Assembly: GCF_006345805.1 (NCBI RefSeq)
Contig: NC_043012.1
Coordinates: 48,112,001-48,176,000, forward strand
Direction of reading: 5' to 3'
Source of the DNA: Octopus sinensis
Taxonomy: Eukaryota
DNA: 64,000 nt
Shown: positions 12,333 through 26,024 of the stretch, piece after piece
How positions within the stretch are numbered: the stretch's first letter is position 1
Layout: each line of letters opens with the position of its first letter
Made by a program: the position numbers and the translations under genes
Notes under the pieces: generated by a model
Seen by the model: the letters and a program-made list of their open reading frames with translations, nothing else
Told to the model about the DNA's origin: nothing
Databases searched by the model: none

Positions 12333-13803
12333 AATAGCGTAACGTTACACTAAAACGTAGTGTAACATTGCTGTGTAGCTTCGTTAGATGACGTTATTGT
12401 GTAGTATAGCGTCGTTCTGAAACATTATATTTCAATGTTGTAAGTTCTAGTGAATACGTTACACTGTGCTGTTGTAGCCTAGCGATTAATGAAGTTCAAC
12501 TAATTTCACCCTTCAAATGCTGTAATATCTAATGTCCAAATATTTTCGATACATCTTAATAGTCGCAGCAGTATTCCATCTGATACTGCCTGTAGGAAAG
12601 CTGATTTAGAAGTCTGATGTAGTTATCGTCGTTTATGGAAGGCAGTGGATGGAAGAATCAATAGAGCAGCGAATAAAATGCTGTGCGGAGTATAGTTACG
12701 CTGAGCAGAAGTCGATAAAGTAACCACCAGTTAAGTACTAGGGTGGAGACATTCTACTATCTCCGGCCGCCAGTTTGTTAGCATTATGTCTACATTGTAT
12801 ATATTTATTATCGTTGTTTCTTTTATTGTCCTCCATATTACCGCTCGTTCTACTGCTGTTATGCGTGTTATTTTCTTCATAATTCATCTGGTGCTGATGT
12901 TGTCTTGTAAATTATGTTGGACAACATTTGCGTTTGTGTGCATGTGTGTGATTTATGTTCACGTCTACGTGTGGTAGAAAAAGCGATAGACTGAAAGAGA
13001 GAGAGGTGGTGTTGAAAGAATATATTCTCTTCTTTATTGGAGATCGCTCTTTTCAATTCATTCTCCATTAGTACTGCACACGCCATTAACAACTCTAAGA
13101 ACGTGGGTGACCTGCTAGAAATATAAGCTAAATCTACTGCAAATCGTATCCTGCTGTCTCAAAACTTGAAAGACACTTTAGATAATCTAACCCTCCATAC
13201 ATTACTTGAGAATAAAACACAGTATGTTCATGAGAAGAAATAATTTTATCATATTCACCTCGATTCGGTATGACAGTGTGTGAAACAACATAAACCACTA
13301 TATCAACAAATCCTTTTTGTGTAGCTATAGTGCAATTATCGTCACGTGTTCGTTGTAGTACAAACATACAACATAATTTTTTGCGCACAAATATATGTTT
13401 AGATATGCATAAATACATACATATGTATGCATTCCCCAGGCTTTGTGCACATGTGAATACTATGCTTACAGCTCAATCAAATATTAATACTTGGCAGTTG
13501 TTACCAATTCTATTTAAGAATTTGTTTACCATTTTATAAAATGCATTCATTAACCCCTCTAAAATGTTAAAATAGTTGTAACATGGCTGTTTCAATGGAA
13601 ATCCCATACGTATGTAGATATATAAACAGGCACACAAAAGCATTTTATATCCATGACAGGCTTGTTCACTCTATCCTACCAAAATTCCCTCACAAGTCAC
13701 TTGTGAAACTGAAGCCAGAATATGAGGCAATCAACTCAATGTGCCGTGCAATGGGATCGAGCAAGGAAACACATAGTTGAAAGGCAATTCATATATATAT
13801 ATA

Positions 13804-13992
13804 TCTGACGCCATGATAGATTGTTAGCCACAACACATTTTTTTCTCTCCTTGTTTTCTGTGTCCCTTTCTGTAGAAAGGCGTAGGCTCGAAACGTAAAA
13901 GACTTTTTCTATTCCTGAGCGTAATACTAATACATCTGTTTGTTTTGTACACCACCTGTCTTCGTCTTTTGTTGTTTTTTTTCGTGAACTCT

Positions 13993-13996
<4 letters not shown>
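13804..13996 (+). mobile_element. Penelope-LTR-like short element with degenerate minimal hammerhead (13867-13903)
   Basis: TTT CTGTAGA AAGGC GTAG GCTC GAAACGTA AAAGAC, between (TA)n tracts. The core has A6 to U and stem II is weak. Confidence 0.55.
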
Positions 13997-14088
<92 letters not shown>

Positions 14089-14139
14089 TATATATACATA
14101 TACATGTATAAATATTTATTCACACACACATACACACAC

Positions 14140-14182
<43 letters not shown>

Positions 14183-15834
14183 ACGATAACATTTTGCATA
14201 TACGAACTTCGGACCTGAAATGGTTTCACGTCATACATTTTATAGACTACTTCTTGTACTTCTTTTTTTTCCAGGAGCGATTTCACTATATGGCACCTTG
14301 CCCTACCTTCTTCAAGTGTTTACAAACAATTATCGTACAACTTTTGAAATCTGAACCATTACTTTTAAAAGAAGATATAAACGTCTACGCTATAAATTTT
14401 TATAACAATTGTCTATCAAACTCGGAGTATTTAAGCATATTATATCATGAGTATCTCGGACTTTCAACTTGTAATGTATATATTGTATCCTTAGGCTAGC
14501 TGAATTTCCAGTCTTTCCTTGCCTACGTTGGAATTTATTCTCAAGTGTTATTAGATTTCCCCCCTATGTCTGTGTTCTGCGTGTGTGTATATGTGTTTAT
14601 ACATACATATATATATATATATATATGTCTAACCTAACACACACACACACACTTTCTCTCTCTCTCTCTCTTTCGTATTTCTGACTTCCAAGTTACTTCT
14701 CTGATTATAAACTTTATTTGTGTTCTAGGTTTTTATGCAGTTGTTTTCATTCTTTTTTGTTGTTGTTTTTCTTTTATTTTTCCTATTCTCTTTCTTCTAC
14801 AAATGTACAAATGAAATTATTTGATTTGTCTGATATTTGGTTAGGTTCTCCTCTGCTGAGAAATTTGCGAAATGCCGTGTAAACTCCGGAACCAGAGTTT
14901 TCATTTTCTATTGTCTGTGCATCTTTTCCATCTCCTCATTGAAATACCTGTAGCAAGTCAAGCGCAGTGTAGATTTTTGCTTTGTCATTTATTTTACGTT
15001 TATCAATATCCATTTATCAATGGAAATTTTCCCCTCAGAAATGTGTTCTTTAGGTGGCAGGGTCTGTATTTATTTATTTATTCATTTATTTATTCATTCG
15101 CACGTCACTTCATTTAGGGAGATATTTATTCGCCACGCTGTTTTCAGCTTAGCATTGTGAGGGTGATGACATCTAAATATTTAGTGAAGCACAATCAGAG
15201 TTCGCCTTTTATATTCCGAGATATTTTTTTTTACATAACTTTGCCTTCGTGCTGATTGTGCGTCATAGAAGGGTATACGTATGTGTGTATATATTTATTT
15301 CCCTTTCCCACTATCAACCAATCAACCTGTCGATCTATCTACCCATCTTTCTCCCCCCACCTTCTCCCTATCTCTCTATCTATCTAGCTATCTCCACATT
15401 CACACAAGAGTACTCAGAGGAAGAAGAGCAACTCTCGTGAAATTTTGTATTGGTTCTGATGCGGGTGACGGAAATTAATCGCATGCCCAATACATGGCCC
15501 GAAACATTGCGGCAGAATGATTTCCACCAGAGGCACTGACAAGCTAAATAGTGAAGTTAACTTGAAGACCATTCTTCGTAAAAGTCCGCTGCTTACTGCG
15601 TATTTTTTTTTACTTCGTACGAGCCAATATATTGAAGATACGTATCTTCTTGATGCAGCCAGCGTTTTCCAAACTATAAGATCTTTCTTTTCTCTCCATA
15701 TCTGTTGTCAAGCTTCATTATTCTTTTGAAAATTACGGATAAAATTTCAGCAGTGTAAAACCAATAAAATTCTTTATGTTTTGGGAGAGTTTGACCTTTA
15801 TGTTTTCCGATTTCAAACACAGACTACACGTATA

Positions 15835-15971
15835 TGGGCAGGCGTGTCTGTCAGGTAAGAAGTTCAGACCCACGGCATGGACCCCTTGGGTAGGTCCCCT
15901 CTTCTATAGCCCCGGACCCACCAAATCCTTGTGAATGGATTTGGTAAACGAAACCTGAAAGAAGCCCGTCG

Positions 15972-16013
<42 letters not shown>

Positions 16014-16130
16014 GCATCTGTGTTTGTCCCCATCTACCTTTGAGAACCAGTGCTGATGTGTTTATTTCCCCGTAAACTATCGGTTTGCCAAAAAAACGAA
16101 CCGATAGAATAAGTACCTGGCTTCAAAAAG
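15835..16130 (+). mobile_element. SINE family A, diverged
   Basis: CCAAATCCTTGTGAATGGATTTGGTAAACGAAACCTGAAAGAAGCCCGTCG plus tail. Confidence 0.78.
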
Positions 16131-16147
16131 ACAAAAAAATATAACAA

Positions 16148-16510
16148 GACGCAGGAGTGGCTGTGAGATAAATAGCTTGCTTACTAACCACGTGGTTTCG
16201 GGTTCAGTTCTGCTGCGTGGCACCTTGGGTAAGTGTCTTCTACTATAGCTTCGGGCCGACCAAATCCTTGTAAGTGGATTTGGTAGACGGAAACTGAAAT
16301 GAACCTGTCGTATATGTATATATATTTGTGTGTCTGTGTTTGTCCCCCACCATCGCTTGTCAACCGATGTTAATCTGTTTACGTCCCCGTAACTTAGCGG
16401 TGCGGCAAAAGAGACCAATAGAATAAGTAATAGGCTTACAAAAGAATAAGTACTGGGGTCGAGTCATTCGACTAAAAATTCTTCATGCTGTGCCCCAACA
16501 TGGTCACAGA
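16148..16510 (+). mobile_element. SINE family A, near full length
   Basis: Head, internal microsatellite and tail as at 8436-8915. Confidence 0.85.
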
Positions 16511-17245
16511 ATAACGATGGTAATATGTACAGGAGTACAGGGTAAAAGATATAACAGAATAACGAAAATTTGGGGGTGTACTTGTAAATAAAATACATAA
16601 AAATTTTGGTAACATGAATATGATGGACAGAAAAGGGGATGACTATGTAGTAGATCCCAATTAAAGCTTAATCTGTCGTTATTCTGAGTTCTAAGTCACT
16701 TCATTCTCCAGTAGATCTATCATAACAGAGATCCCATCTCTGCTCATTAATGCCTAACTTATTTCTAGAAAATGAGTCATCCCGTGCAATACATCGTATA
16801 ATGAGATGATTGATTATAATTTAGCTGTTATCGAGACAAATTTGAACGACTGAATGCCTTCTTTAAAACTTGTGCTAATATATATGATTCGGCTTTTAGC
16901 TGCTCTTTTTAAGGCTGTTAGCGGGTCATTTAACCCGTTTTACTTTTTAATTTTCACCCATTTCCAACTTTTTGGTTTCATTTTTTTTTTTACTTCCAAA
17001 GGAAAAAACGACATCTGGACTTCCAGGATTTGAATGTTTCTGTGTTAGAAGCTGAAACAAAAGAAACAAAAAGTTTTACTCTATCTTTCAATCATTAGAT
17101 TGTGCTCATTCTGGGGCGCCACCTTGAATAATATTAGTCGAACGGATCGACCCAAGTATTTATTATTATTTTTTAAGCCTTTTTCTTTTGCCGAACTGCT
17201 TAGTAACGAGGACGTAAAAACACAATTACTGGTTGTCAACAGGAA

Positions 17246-17652
17246 AGGCGGTGAGCTGGTACAAGCGTTAGGACGCCGGCTGAAATGCTTAGCAGTATTT
17301 CGTTTGCCGCTACGTTCTGAGTTCAAATTCCACCGAGGTCGACTTTGCCTTTTATCCTTTCGGGGTCGATTAAATAAGTACCATTTACGCACTGGGGCCA
17401 ATATAATCGACTTAATCCGTTTGTCTGTCCTTGTTTGTTCTCTCTGTGTTTAGCCCCTTGTGGGTAGTAAAGAAGTAGGTATTTCGTTTGCTGCTACGTT
17501 CTGAGTTCAAAATTCGCCAAGTTTGACTCTGCCTTTAATCCTTTTCCGGGTCGATTAAATAAGCACCAGTTACGTACTGGGGTCGATGTAATCGACTTAA
17601 TCCATTTGTATGTCCTATCTATGTTAAGCCCCCTGTGGGTAATAAAGAAACA
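17246..17652 (+). mobile_element. Two tandem SINE family B copies (second 5'-truncated)
   Basis: About 17246-17480 full copy; about 17480-17652 restarts at GTATTTCGTTTG. Confidence 0.85.
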
Positions 17653-17689
17653 AATGCACACACACAAATATAAAAATATGACAGATTTC

Positions 17690-17830
17690 TCTAAATTTTC
17701 ATCTGCCAGTTCCACTCACAAGATTTCGGTCTACTCGAGTCTAATGAAGAAGTCATTGACCCAAGGTGTCGAGCAGTGAGACAGAACTTAGAACCATGTG
17801 GTTGGGAGCACGCTTCTTACTACGCAGTCA
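17690..17830 (-). mobile_element. SINE family A head, diverged
   Basis: Reverse complement of the head (AACCATGTGGTTGGGAGCA..CTTACTAC). Confidence 0.65.
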
Positions 17831-18174
17831 CTCTAACTTCACTTGTTCACTTTTGAAATTAGAATGTGATTCAAGACGGAGGATTTACAGCCACAATACT
17901 TTTATTTAATAAAAATATATTTTATTTTCATTCTAACAGCATAAATATATTTGTCTACATTTGGAAACACTACTCATTTCCTTTTCTGAAAAGTTCAGAT
18001 ACTGCTGTTTCAATTTCAATTATTAAGAACGAAAATATCATTAAAATACAAAATATAATTAGAATCTTCAAAAGTAAACACATTATATTCATAGATGAAA
18101 AAAAAAAAAAGAAACACTAAATCTGTAAACATTTTAACCGTCTCGTTTATTTATTTACTTATCTATTTTTCATA

Positions 18175-18315
18175 GGCACAGGCGTGGCTGTGTGGTAAAA
18201 AGTTTGCTTCCCAACCACAGAGTTCCAGGTTCAGCCCTTTGTGTGGCACTTTGAGCAAGGGTCTTCTACTATAGTCGCGGGCCGAAAAATGCCTTGAAAC
18301 TGGAAGCCCGTCGTA
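18175..18315 (+). mobile_element. SINE family A head
   Basis: GGCGTGGCTGTGTGGTAAAAAG..GGTTCAGCCC..CTATAGTCGCGGGCCGA..GAAGCCCGTCG. Confidence 0.8.
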
Positions 18316-18329
18316 TATACATATAATAT

Positions 18330-18950
18330 GATAGTGTATAAGAATTTATACACGGAGAGGAGACCACCATGTGGGCTCCTTACATGCCAGAAAGGGCAGT
18401 CAAAACCCAAATCACGAAATAAAATGTTTACTTGTTGCAAGTTTGGAAGCGAGAAGGACACTTGAATGAACAAAAAATCTCAGTTAACTCTATACCCATG
18501 AGTTTCACCATTAATGATCAAATAAATCAATTAATTAGTAAATTAATTGATAAATTAACCACCTGTGGCTCGTCAATAGAATCGCTGGAGAATGCTTGAT
18601 TATGAAACTACAATACGTACCGAAAATATAAAGCGCACACATAAAGCATTTAGTACCATCTTTGTGCATCAAGAATTCAAATCGAATGCCTTCAATAAGC
18701 GCTCAGTGTAGTACAGTAGTAAATGAATTCAACCGTGTATTATCTGCCGAAGTATTTAAATATCTAACTATATAAATACAGGGTAAAACTTATTAAATAA
18801 ATAATTTATACTAGTGGTTTGCATGCGTAATAAAAGTCAAAAGACATAAATATATTTATAATAGCGTATAAGAATTATACATGTAAGGATACCACTATGT
18901 GGACTCCTTACATGTTAGAGAGGGCAATTAAGGCCCAAATCCCGACCAAA
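18330..18950 (+). repeat. Diverged ~95-bp direct repeat pair (about 18330-18420 and 18860-18950)
   Basis: Both copies read ATAG(T/C)GTATAAGAATT..ACCAC(C/T)ATGTGG(G/A)CTCCTTACATG..AGA(A/G)AGGGCA..CCCAAATC. Confidence 0.7.
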
Positions 18951-19187
18951 AAATATGCACTGCTAACCACTGGTATAAGTTATTTATTTAATAATTTTTA
19001 CTCTTTATTTATATACATTGATGAAACGGAAAAGATGCTGTCTCTAAAAGGTCATTTGGATTTACTAAACGGGGATAATAACCGAGTTCAGTAAATTTTC
19101 ACTAACTTGAGTATCACCAGCATTGAGAACCGATTTAAGAGTTAACACGGTAATCACCAGGATTATATTTCCCTCGAAACTATTTTA

Positions 19188-19223
<36 letters not shown>

Positions 19224-19469
19224 CAAATTTGAGATTTTGCCAATAGAACCGCAGCTCCTATTTCGGGATAACCTGATTGTATGGAATACACATAGAAGGT
19301 TATTTCCAATAAAATAATATAGGCATTTAAAAACCTACTATACAATACAATATAATAATTTGAAAAAATATTTGAAAATATCTATATAACTTACACGTGT
19401 GTGTGTGTGCGTGTTTGTGTGTGATTGCGCTCGCGTGTGTGTGTGTGTGTGTGTGTTATTGCGCTTGTG

Positions 19470-19665
19470 TGTTTTTCACCGCTTGACAATCCGTGCTGGT
19501 CTTTTGACATCCTCGTGAATTACCGTTTCGGCAAAAATGACCGATCGAATAAATACCAGGCGTTAAAAAAAAACATAAATCCTGGTGTCAATTCGTTCGA
19601 CTAAAAATTCTTCCAGGCGATGCCCGAGCATGGCCGCTGGCTAGTGACTGAAACATGTAAAAGAT
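19470..19665 (+). mobile_element. SINE family A tail
   Basis: CGCTTGACAA..TTCGGCAAAAA..GCATGGCCGC..GACTGAAACATGTAAAAGA. Confidence 0.75.
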
Positions 19666-20009
19666 GCAATATAAAATGAACCGTAACTTCTAAGTCTCTA
19701 AAGTTCGAAGTTTATTTTAAAAACAAGCAAAATAAAGCAAAAGTTAATGGTGTCTAAAAATCGACGCTATTACAAATACGTCCTATTGCATCTTGATTAG
19801 GATGTCAATCCCGAAGAACTATAATTCCTAAATGTCATATTTTCAGAATATTGCACCATAATGCTCTAACTAATTTAACTCGCTAATCATTAGTATTATT
19901 TTTTGTTAAATTCATTTTTAACAAACTGAAGAATATAGTTTCAGTGCTGAATAATTGATAATGACATTTTAAACAACAAAATGGATTTAACTGTTTATTC
20001 TTGCCCCTC

Positions 20010-20447
20010 TAAATAATGGTTTCAAAATTTGTCACAAGGCCAGCAGTTTTAGGGGGATGGGTGAGGCACAGACGCCAGTTAGCCACGCACTTATTAAATG
20101 AAGTCCGAAAGGATGAACGGCAGAGTCTACCTTTGGAGAATTTGAACTCAGAACGGTAAATGAGAAAGATATACCATTCAGCATTTTGTTGGGTGTGGTA
20201 ACGATTCTGCGGCCTTACACCCCCTTTAAATAATGATTTCAAATTTCAGCACAAAGCCAGCAGTTTCAGAGGAGGATTAACTGAATTACATTGACCCAGT
20301 GTTCAACTGGTATCTCATATTATCGAACCAGGAAAGATTTAAGGCAAAGATCAACTTGACGGAATTTGAACTCAGACCGTAATGATGGACGAAATCCCAC
20401 TAAGCATTTCGCTAGCCACGTTAACGATTCTACCAGTTCACTGCCTT
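20010..20447 (-). mobile_element. Two tandem SINE family B copies
   Basis: About 20010-20222 and 20232-20447; both contain AATTTGAACTCAGA and ACGATTCT. Confidence 0.75.
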
Positions 20448-22766
20448 AACCCCTCAAAATGATGATTTGTCTACTTGGCTAATTAAGGAATTTTTCCTGT
20501 TTACCCATTCAATTCTAAAACAAACAATAAGAACTTCAGTGGTCACAATGTCTTTTTAGTTCACGTAATTAAAAAAGAAATGCAGAAAAATAAATATAAA
20601 TAAAAGTAACGATAACCGCAAATAAAAATAGTGATATACCTAATGAGTGTAAGCTCTATCTTTGAGCTATTTTCAAGTCCTATCTTTAAGAGTGAGCAAA
20701 CATCGCTGCAAGAAAGGGGTCGAGGTCTTCCCTATAATCAAGAACAACCAGCAGTTGTATGCTTCTTATCGATTTGTTAAGGCAACTATATCCAAACAAA
20801 TAACGAAATAAAACAAAAGAGATGTATTTTAACGACTCTCTGTAGACATTCATTTGTTCATCCCGGACGTTGACAAATATTTACTGCAAATCTGCGACTG
20901 TTTTTTTACATAGTATTCGCATCCTTTTGACAACAGAATGTCTACTGTTCATATATTTACAGCGGATAAAACGGTGACATATAATCAATGAAGGCTTTTT
21001 TTAGGTTCCACCGTGTGTATGTGTGTGTGTATATACACTCACATAAAACAGAGAGGAAGGAGGTAAAGGAGTGGGGAGTATGTATTTGCATGTGTGTGTG
21101 TGTACGAGATAGAGAAGCGGTGGAAGATCGAGAAGAAATCGCAGAGTTCTTATAATATTTCGTTCATATCAATATTTAGGCAGAAATGAATTCGTACACT
21201 AAAAGAACAATCCTATATTTCTATGTATATGTGTGTTATATATGTGTGTGTTTTTATGTATGTATATATGTATGCATGTGCGTATATGTGTGTATGCATA
21301 TAGGTAGGTTGGTATGTGTAAAGATAGATATATGTGTGTATATTTTATGTATGTATATATGTAAAAATTATAGTTGTGTATGTATATGCGTCTATATGTG
21401 CATGTTTTTTCATGCTTGTATAATCATATGTGTGTATACACAGACATGCATACACACAAGCGCGCACAAAAACACATACGCATACAAACAGAATCCCGCA
21501 CGAACATACTTCTGCTTATTTACCTACAAACAGGAATATTTAGTGCACGAAAAGGTAAATTAGATTTTAAGATGTTTTTCTAAACAAGAAAACCCACTCC
21601 TTGTGCTTCAGAGTAGGTTCATCTTTAGCTACTGTTGTCGAATTTTATTTATTACCTGACTACACGTATTATTCTCAATCCATTTCATGAATCTCTTCAT
21701 TTATTTTACTTTTTCCATTTAAACACTCAATTTCCAGTTTTATATGGTTAGCAGTTTCTTTTTTATTCTATTTTATTTTTATGGTATTCAATCAATTCTG
21801 AAGAAGTCTCTTTCATCCAGAATACAAAGATGTTATCAACAGGGATCACGCACATTTTGGTAGATACAAAAATTACTTTTCGCAAATAAATATGAATTGT
21901 GACTAAAATATATACAAAAGCCAATTACACCTCACTTCCAGCCCGTGATTAACTTCAGTTTGTAACAAGTGAAACAGAAATATCAACTTAGACTGCAAAA
22001 CAGTAAATTGCAGATCGCAGGTTCCTTGTATATGGTGGGTGCAAAAAATGAGGCCTCGTGGAATGTAGTTTTAATGAAGTTTTGTGTTTAGAAATATAAT
22101 GAACGCCTTTACTGGGTTCAAATTCCCTATCCATAATGAAGACCATCAAATACATTATTCCTTTTGAGAGTATTTCATTATATAATTTATTTAGTGGATA
22201 TATCTTTGCTTCAGTAATACAGCCAAAACGCAAAATAGTGGCTGATAATGAATAGCCGTCTGAAAGACTGTATGATTGGCAACGATGAGATGGTCACAGA
22301 TACATTGTATTTTATAATAGAGGTTTCCAAAAAGGTCATATATATATATATATATAAACAAATCTGTGCCAAGCTATGGTGTAAATAACGAAGTTGAGTT
22401 TCGTGAATTAATATCACGAAACCCGCTCAGAATTCGTTAGTGCCTGCTAGGAATTTATTTCATAGATGAAATTCGGTTTTTCATTCAGCCAAATCCTAAG
22501 AAAGTAAGTGATGTTCTTCAATGCACAGAAAATTGTCTTTGATCTTTAAGGATTATGAGAAGCTAATATTTAACTTGTTCTATATATAAGGAGTGTCTTA
22601 TTTTCAAATTGCAGAATTTGGTATAAATACGAGTACTTTTCAACTTTGTTTTATCTTATGTAAACATGTGTGTGTGTGTTTGTGTGTATGTGTCTACATA
22701 CGTTTGTATGTATATTTATATATATATGCATATATATATGTTTGTATATATATATATATATACATA

Positions 22767-22812
<46 letters not shown>

Positions 22813-23244
22813 GAAATTGTACATATATCTCAAATGTGGTAACAGTAAGCAATTTTCAGTGAAATTCAAAACACGTTTCAATTACATCTAATTATGATAA
22901 TCCGAACCACAAATAGATATTCAATGACATCTTAATTATACTATTTACACATCAGCCTCTTTCTTGTAAAGAAAATCAGAATTCTGCGGTTGTATTTTTG
23001 AACAAAACAAAACACCTCGCATACGTGTAGCAACTATATACTGTAATAATTGTACATTTCTGTCGTTATGTGCCTTTGTTTTCTTGTCTTTTTTCTCCCT
23101 CTACTCATCTCACCCTTCCCAATTCAACACATTTTCTGGCAATCTTTCTGCGAAAATATATCTGCTAATATGTATGCGTGAAGGTTTGTATGCTTGTGTA
23201 CAGACTAAGACTCATGTATACATATACATATACATATACATATA

Positions 23245-23285
<41 letters not shown>

Positions 23286-23320
23286 TATATATATATTATA
23301 TATATATATAATATATATAT

Positions 23321-23377
<57 letters not shown>

Positions 23378-23396
23378 CATACAATATATATATACA

Positions 23397-23441
<45 letters not shown>

Positions 23442-23458
23442 ATGTGTGTGTATCTATG

Positions 23459-23497
<39 letters not shown>

Positions 23498-23771
23498 GTA
23501 TATATGCATGTATGTATATGCGTATGTATACATCTTATCTAAATAGCTATCAATCAAACTCTATCTACTTTCACAAGTTTCGACGAAAAATAAGGTAAAT
23601 ATTAATCCGTATATTTTTGTAGTCTCTACAGCGTTATATATTTACACTTATAAATCCACACACATATATATACACACGTACACACGCATAAAGATAGCTA
23701 GATAGGTAGATAGACAGATAGAATGACAGACAGATAGATTGACAGACAGACAGACAGATAGACAGATAGAG

Positions 23772-23820
<49 letters not shown>

Positions 23821-24512
23821 CATACTACATACATACATACATACATACATACATACATACATACATACATACATACATACATACATACATACATACATAG
23901 AAGGACAAACAGTAAAAACAGTAAAAGCGAGTGGATTCAACTATCCCGTTGAAGCTTTTATAAAGAAACGGACCAAGAAGTGGTAATATATATATATACA
24001 TGATGGCCGTTCACTCGTGACCGAGGAAGACCATTGCCGACCTTCAGGAACATTGTGCGCTCTAGGACTAACTTATATTTTGCATTTGCGGCTCCGTTGG
24101 TGGCTAATGAGCCCTGCTCTTGACAAACATACACGACTGCAAACATTGCAGACCAAGCTTTCGCCATTCAATATACGAGCCGTGCGCTTTCGCGCAGCTC
24201 GCTTAAGTTCTTCATGCTGGATACGTGCTCTCGCAAAAGTGTCGATCCCTTCCTTAACCTGCTTCCTCCATCATTGGCGATGACAGGCATTGTTCTCCCA
24301 GTCAGTGTCCTGTATGTCAAAAGCCTTTAACGAGGACTTGACACAGTTATTAAATCGTAACCTTGGTTTCTGCCGGAGTCTCCTTCCATTCACAAGTTCT
24401 CCATAGAGCATCTGCTTAGGAATCCTTCTATCCTCCATTCTAATAAGGTGTCCAGTCCAACGCAACCGGCGCTTGTGTACCATCGCCTCAATACTCAAGA
24501 TATCAGCTGTCC

Positions 24513-26018
24513 TCAGGATCTGTGTGTCTGGAATTTTTGAGGTCCAGCCAACATTGAGAATGTGTCTGAGACATCTCTGATGAAAAGGACCCTTACCTGA
24601 CGTTTGTACAGAGTCCATGTCTCACACGAGTAGAGAAGCGATGTCAGTACACAAGCACGGTACACAGCAACTTTTGTTCTCCTTGCGATGCCATGTTGGG
24701 ACCAGACACGAGACTGAAGAGACCGGAAGGAATTAGTTGCTCTCTGCAACCTGAAAGATATTTCCTCATCCAGGGAGCAAGAACGGCTGAGTGTGCTGCC
24801 CAGGTAGACAAACTTGTCTACTACCTTCAGAATTGTTCCTTCAACCAAGATAGCTGGTTCTATATATGGATTTCCTGGTGCAGGCTGGAACATTACAACA
24901 GTCTTGTCCAGGCTAATGCTGAGGCCAAATGCCCAGCAAGAAGCAGAAATGCAATTCATGAGTATTTGCATGTCATCCACTGTATGAGTGACTAAGTCAC
25001 AGTCATCTGCATAAAGGAGGTCACGAATAATAGACTGGGAAACCTTTGAATTGGCAGCAAATCGGCGAAGATTAAAGAGGCGGCCAGAAGATCGATATCT
25101 GACATATATTCCCAGAGAGCTAACCTTAGCAAAAGCATGAGTAAAGGCAGCAGCAAAGTACAAAGAAAAGAGAGTTGGGGCAAGGATGTCACCGTGCTTG
25201 ACACCATTCTCTACAGGAATGGGTCCCGCCATGGCACCACCAACATTGACCCAAGCCTCCATCCCATCAAGAAATGATTTAATTATAGATACAAAATGAT
25301 CCGGACATCCAAGTTTGCCAAGTATTTTCCATAGAAAGGCCCTATTTACAGTATCAAAGACCTTAGTTAAATCAATGAATACCTGGACAAGATCCATTTT
25401 CTGCTCATAGCACTTTTCCTGCATCTGTCTTGCTGTGAAAATCATATCCATTGTCCCTCTACCAGATCGGAAGCCACATTGAGATTCAGATAGGACATCA
25501 TTTACGAGACACCCATTCAGACGGGTAAGAAGAATATTTGCCAGAACCTTGCCAGCAGCTGATAGCAGAGCAATACCTCTGTAGTTACCACACATTGTTC
25601 TGGCTCCTTTTCCTTTATATAGAGGAAGAATAATTGCATCCTTCCAGTCCCTAGGGATTGCACCATCCCTCCAGACTGCACTAATAAGTTCATGAAGGGA
25701 CTGTGTGATGCAATTACCACCAAATCGCAAAACCTCGGCACAAATTCCATCCTTTCCAGGTGCCCTACCAAGATTCAATTTACTTATTGATGTCATTACT
25801 TCATGTATTGATGGCGAGGAGTCTAAGGAGTCAATGATAGGTCTTTGTTTCATAGTATCAATCACTGTTTCATCCACAACTGACTCATGGTTTAGGAGTT
25901 CAGAGAAGTGTTCGATCCAGCGACCTGTGAGTTCTGTTGATTTAGTAAACAGAATGGAAGACTCCTTGGAAAGCAAAGGGGCTGATGTGGAGCTCTTAGG
26001 TCCATAAGCTCGCTTCAT
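24513..26018 (-). pseudogene. RTE reverse transcriptase domain (501-aa open segment of a disrupted ORF)
   Basis: ORF track: APGKDGI..WKDAIILPLYKGKG..NYRGIALLS..FIDLTKVFDTV..GVKHGDILAPTLF..YADD. Confidence 0.93.
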
Positions 26019-26024
26019 AAGATA

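Noticed and set aside
14276-14356. Strong acceptor followed by [26 protein letters not shown]-stop as a terminal exon
   Set aside because: No recognisable homology or partner exon; polypyrimidine-AG is common by chance in this composition.
15455-15515. CTGATGCGGG..CCCGAAACATTGC hammerhead-like string
   Set aside because: A9 and U16.1 are missing and there is no stem I.
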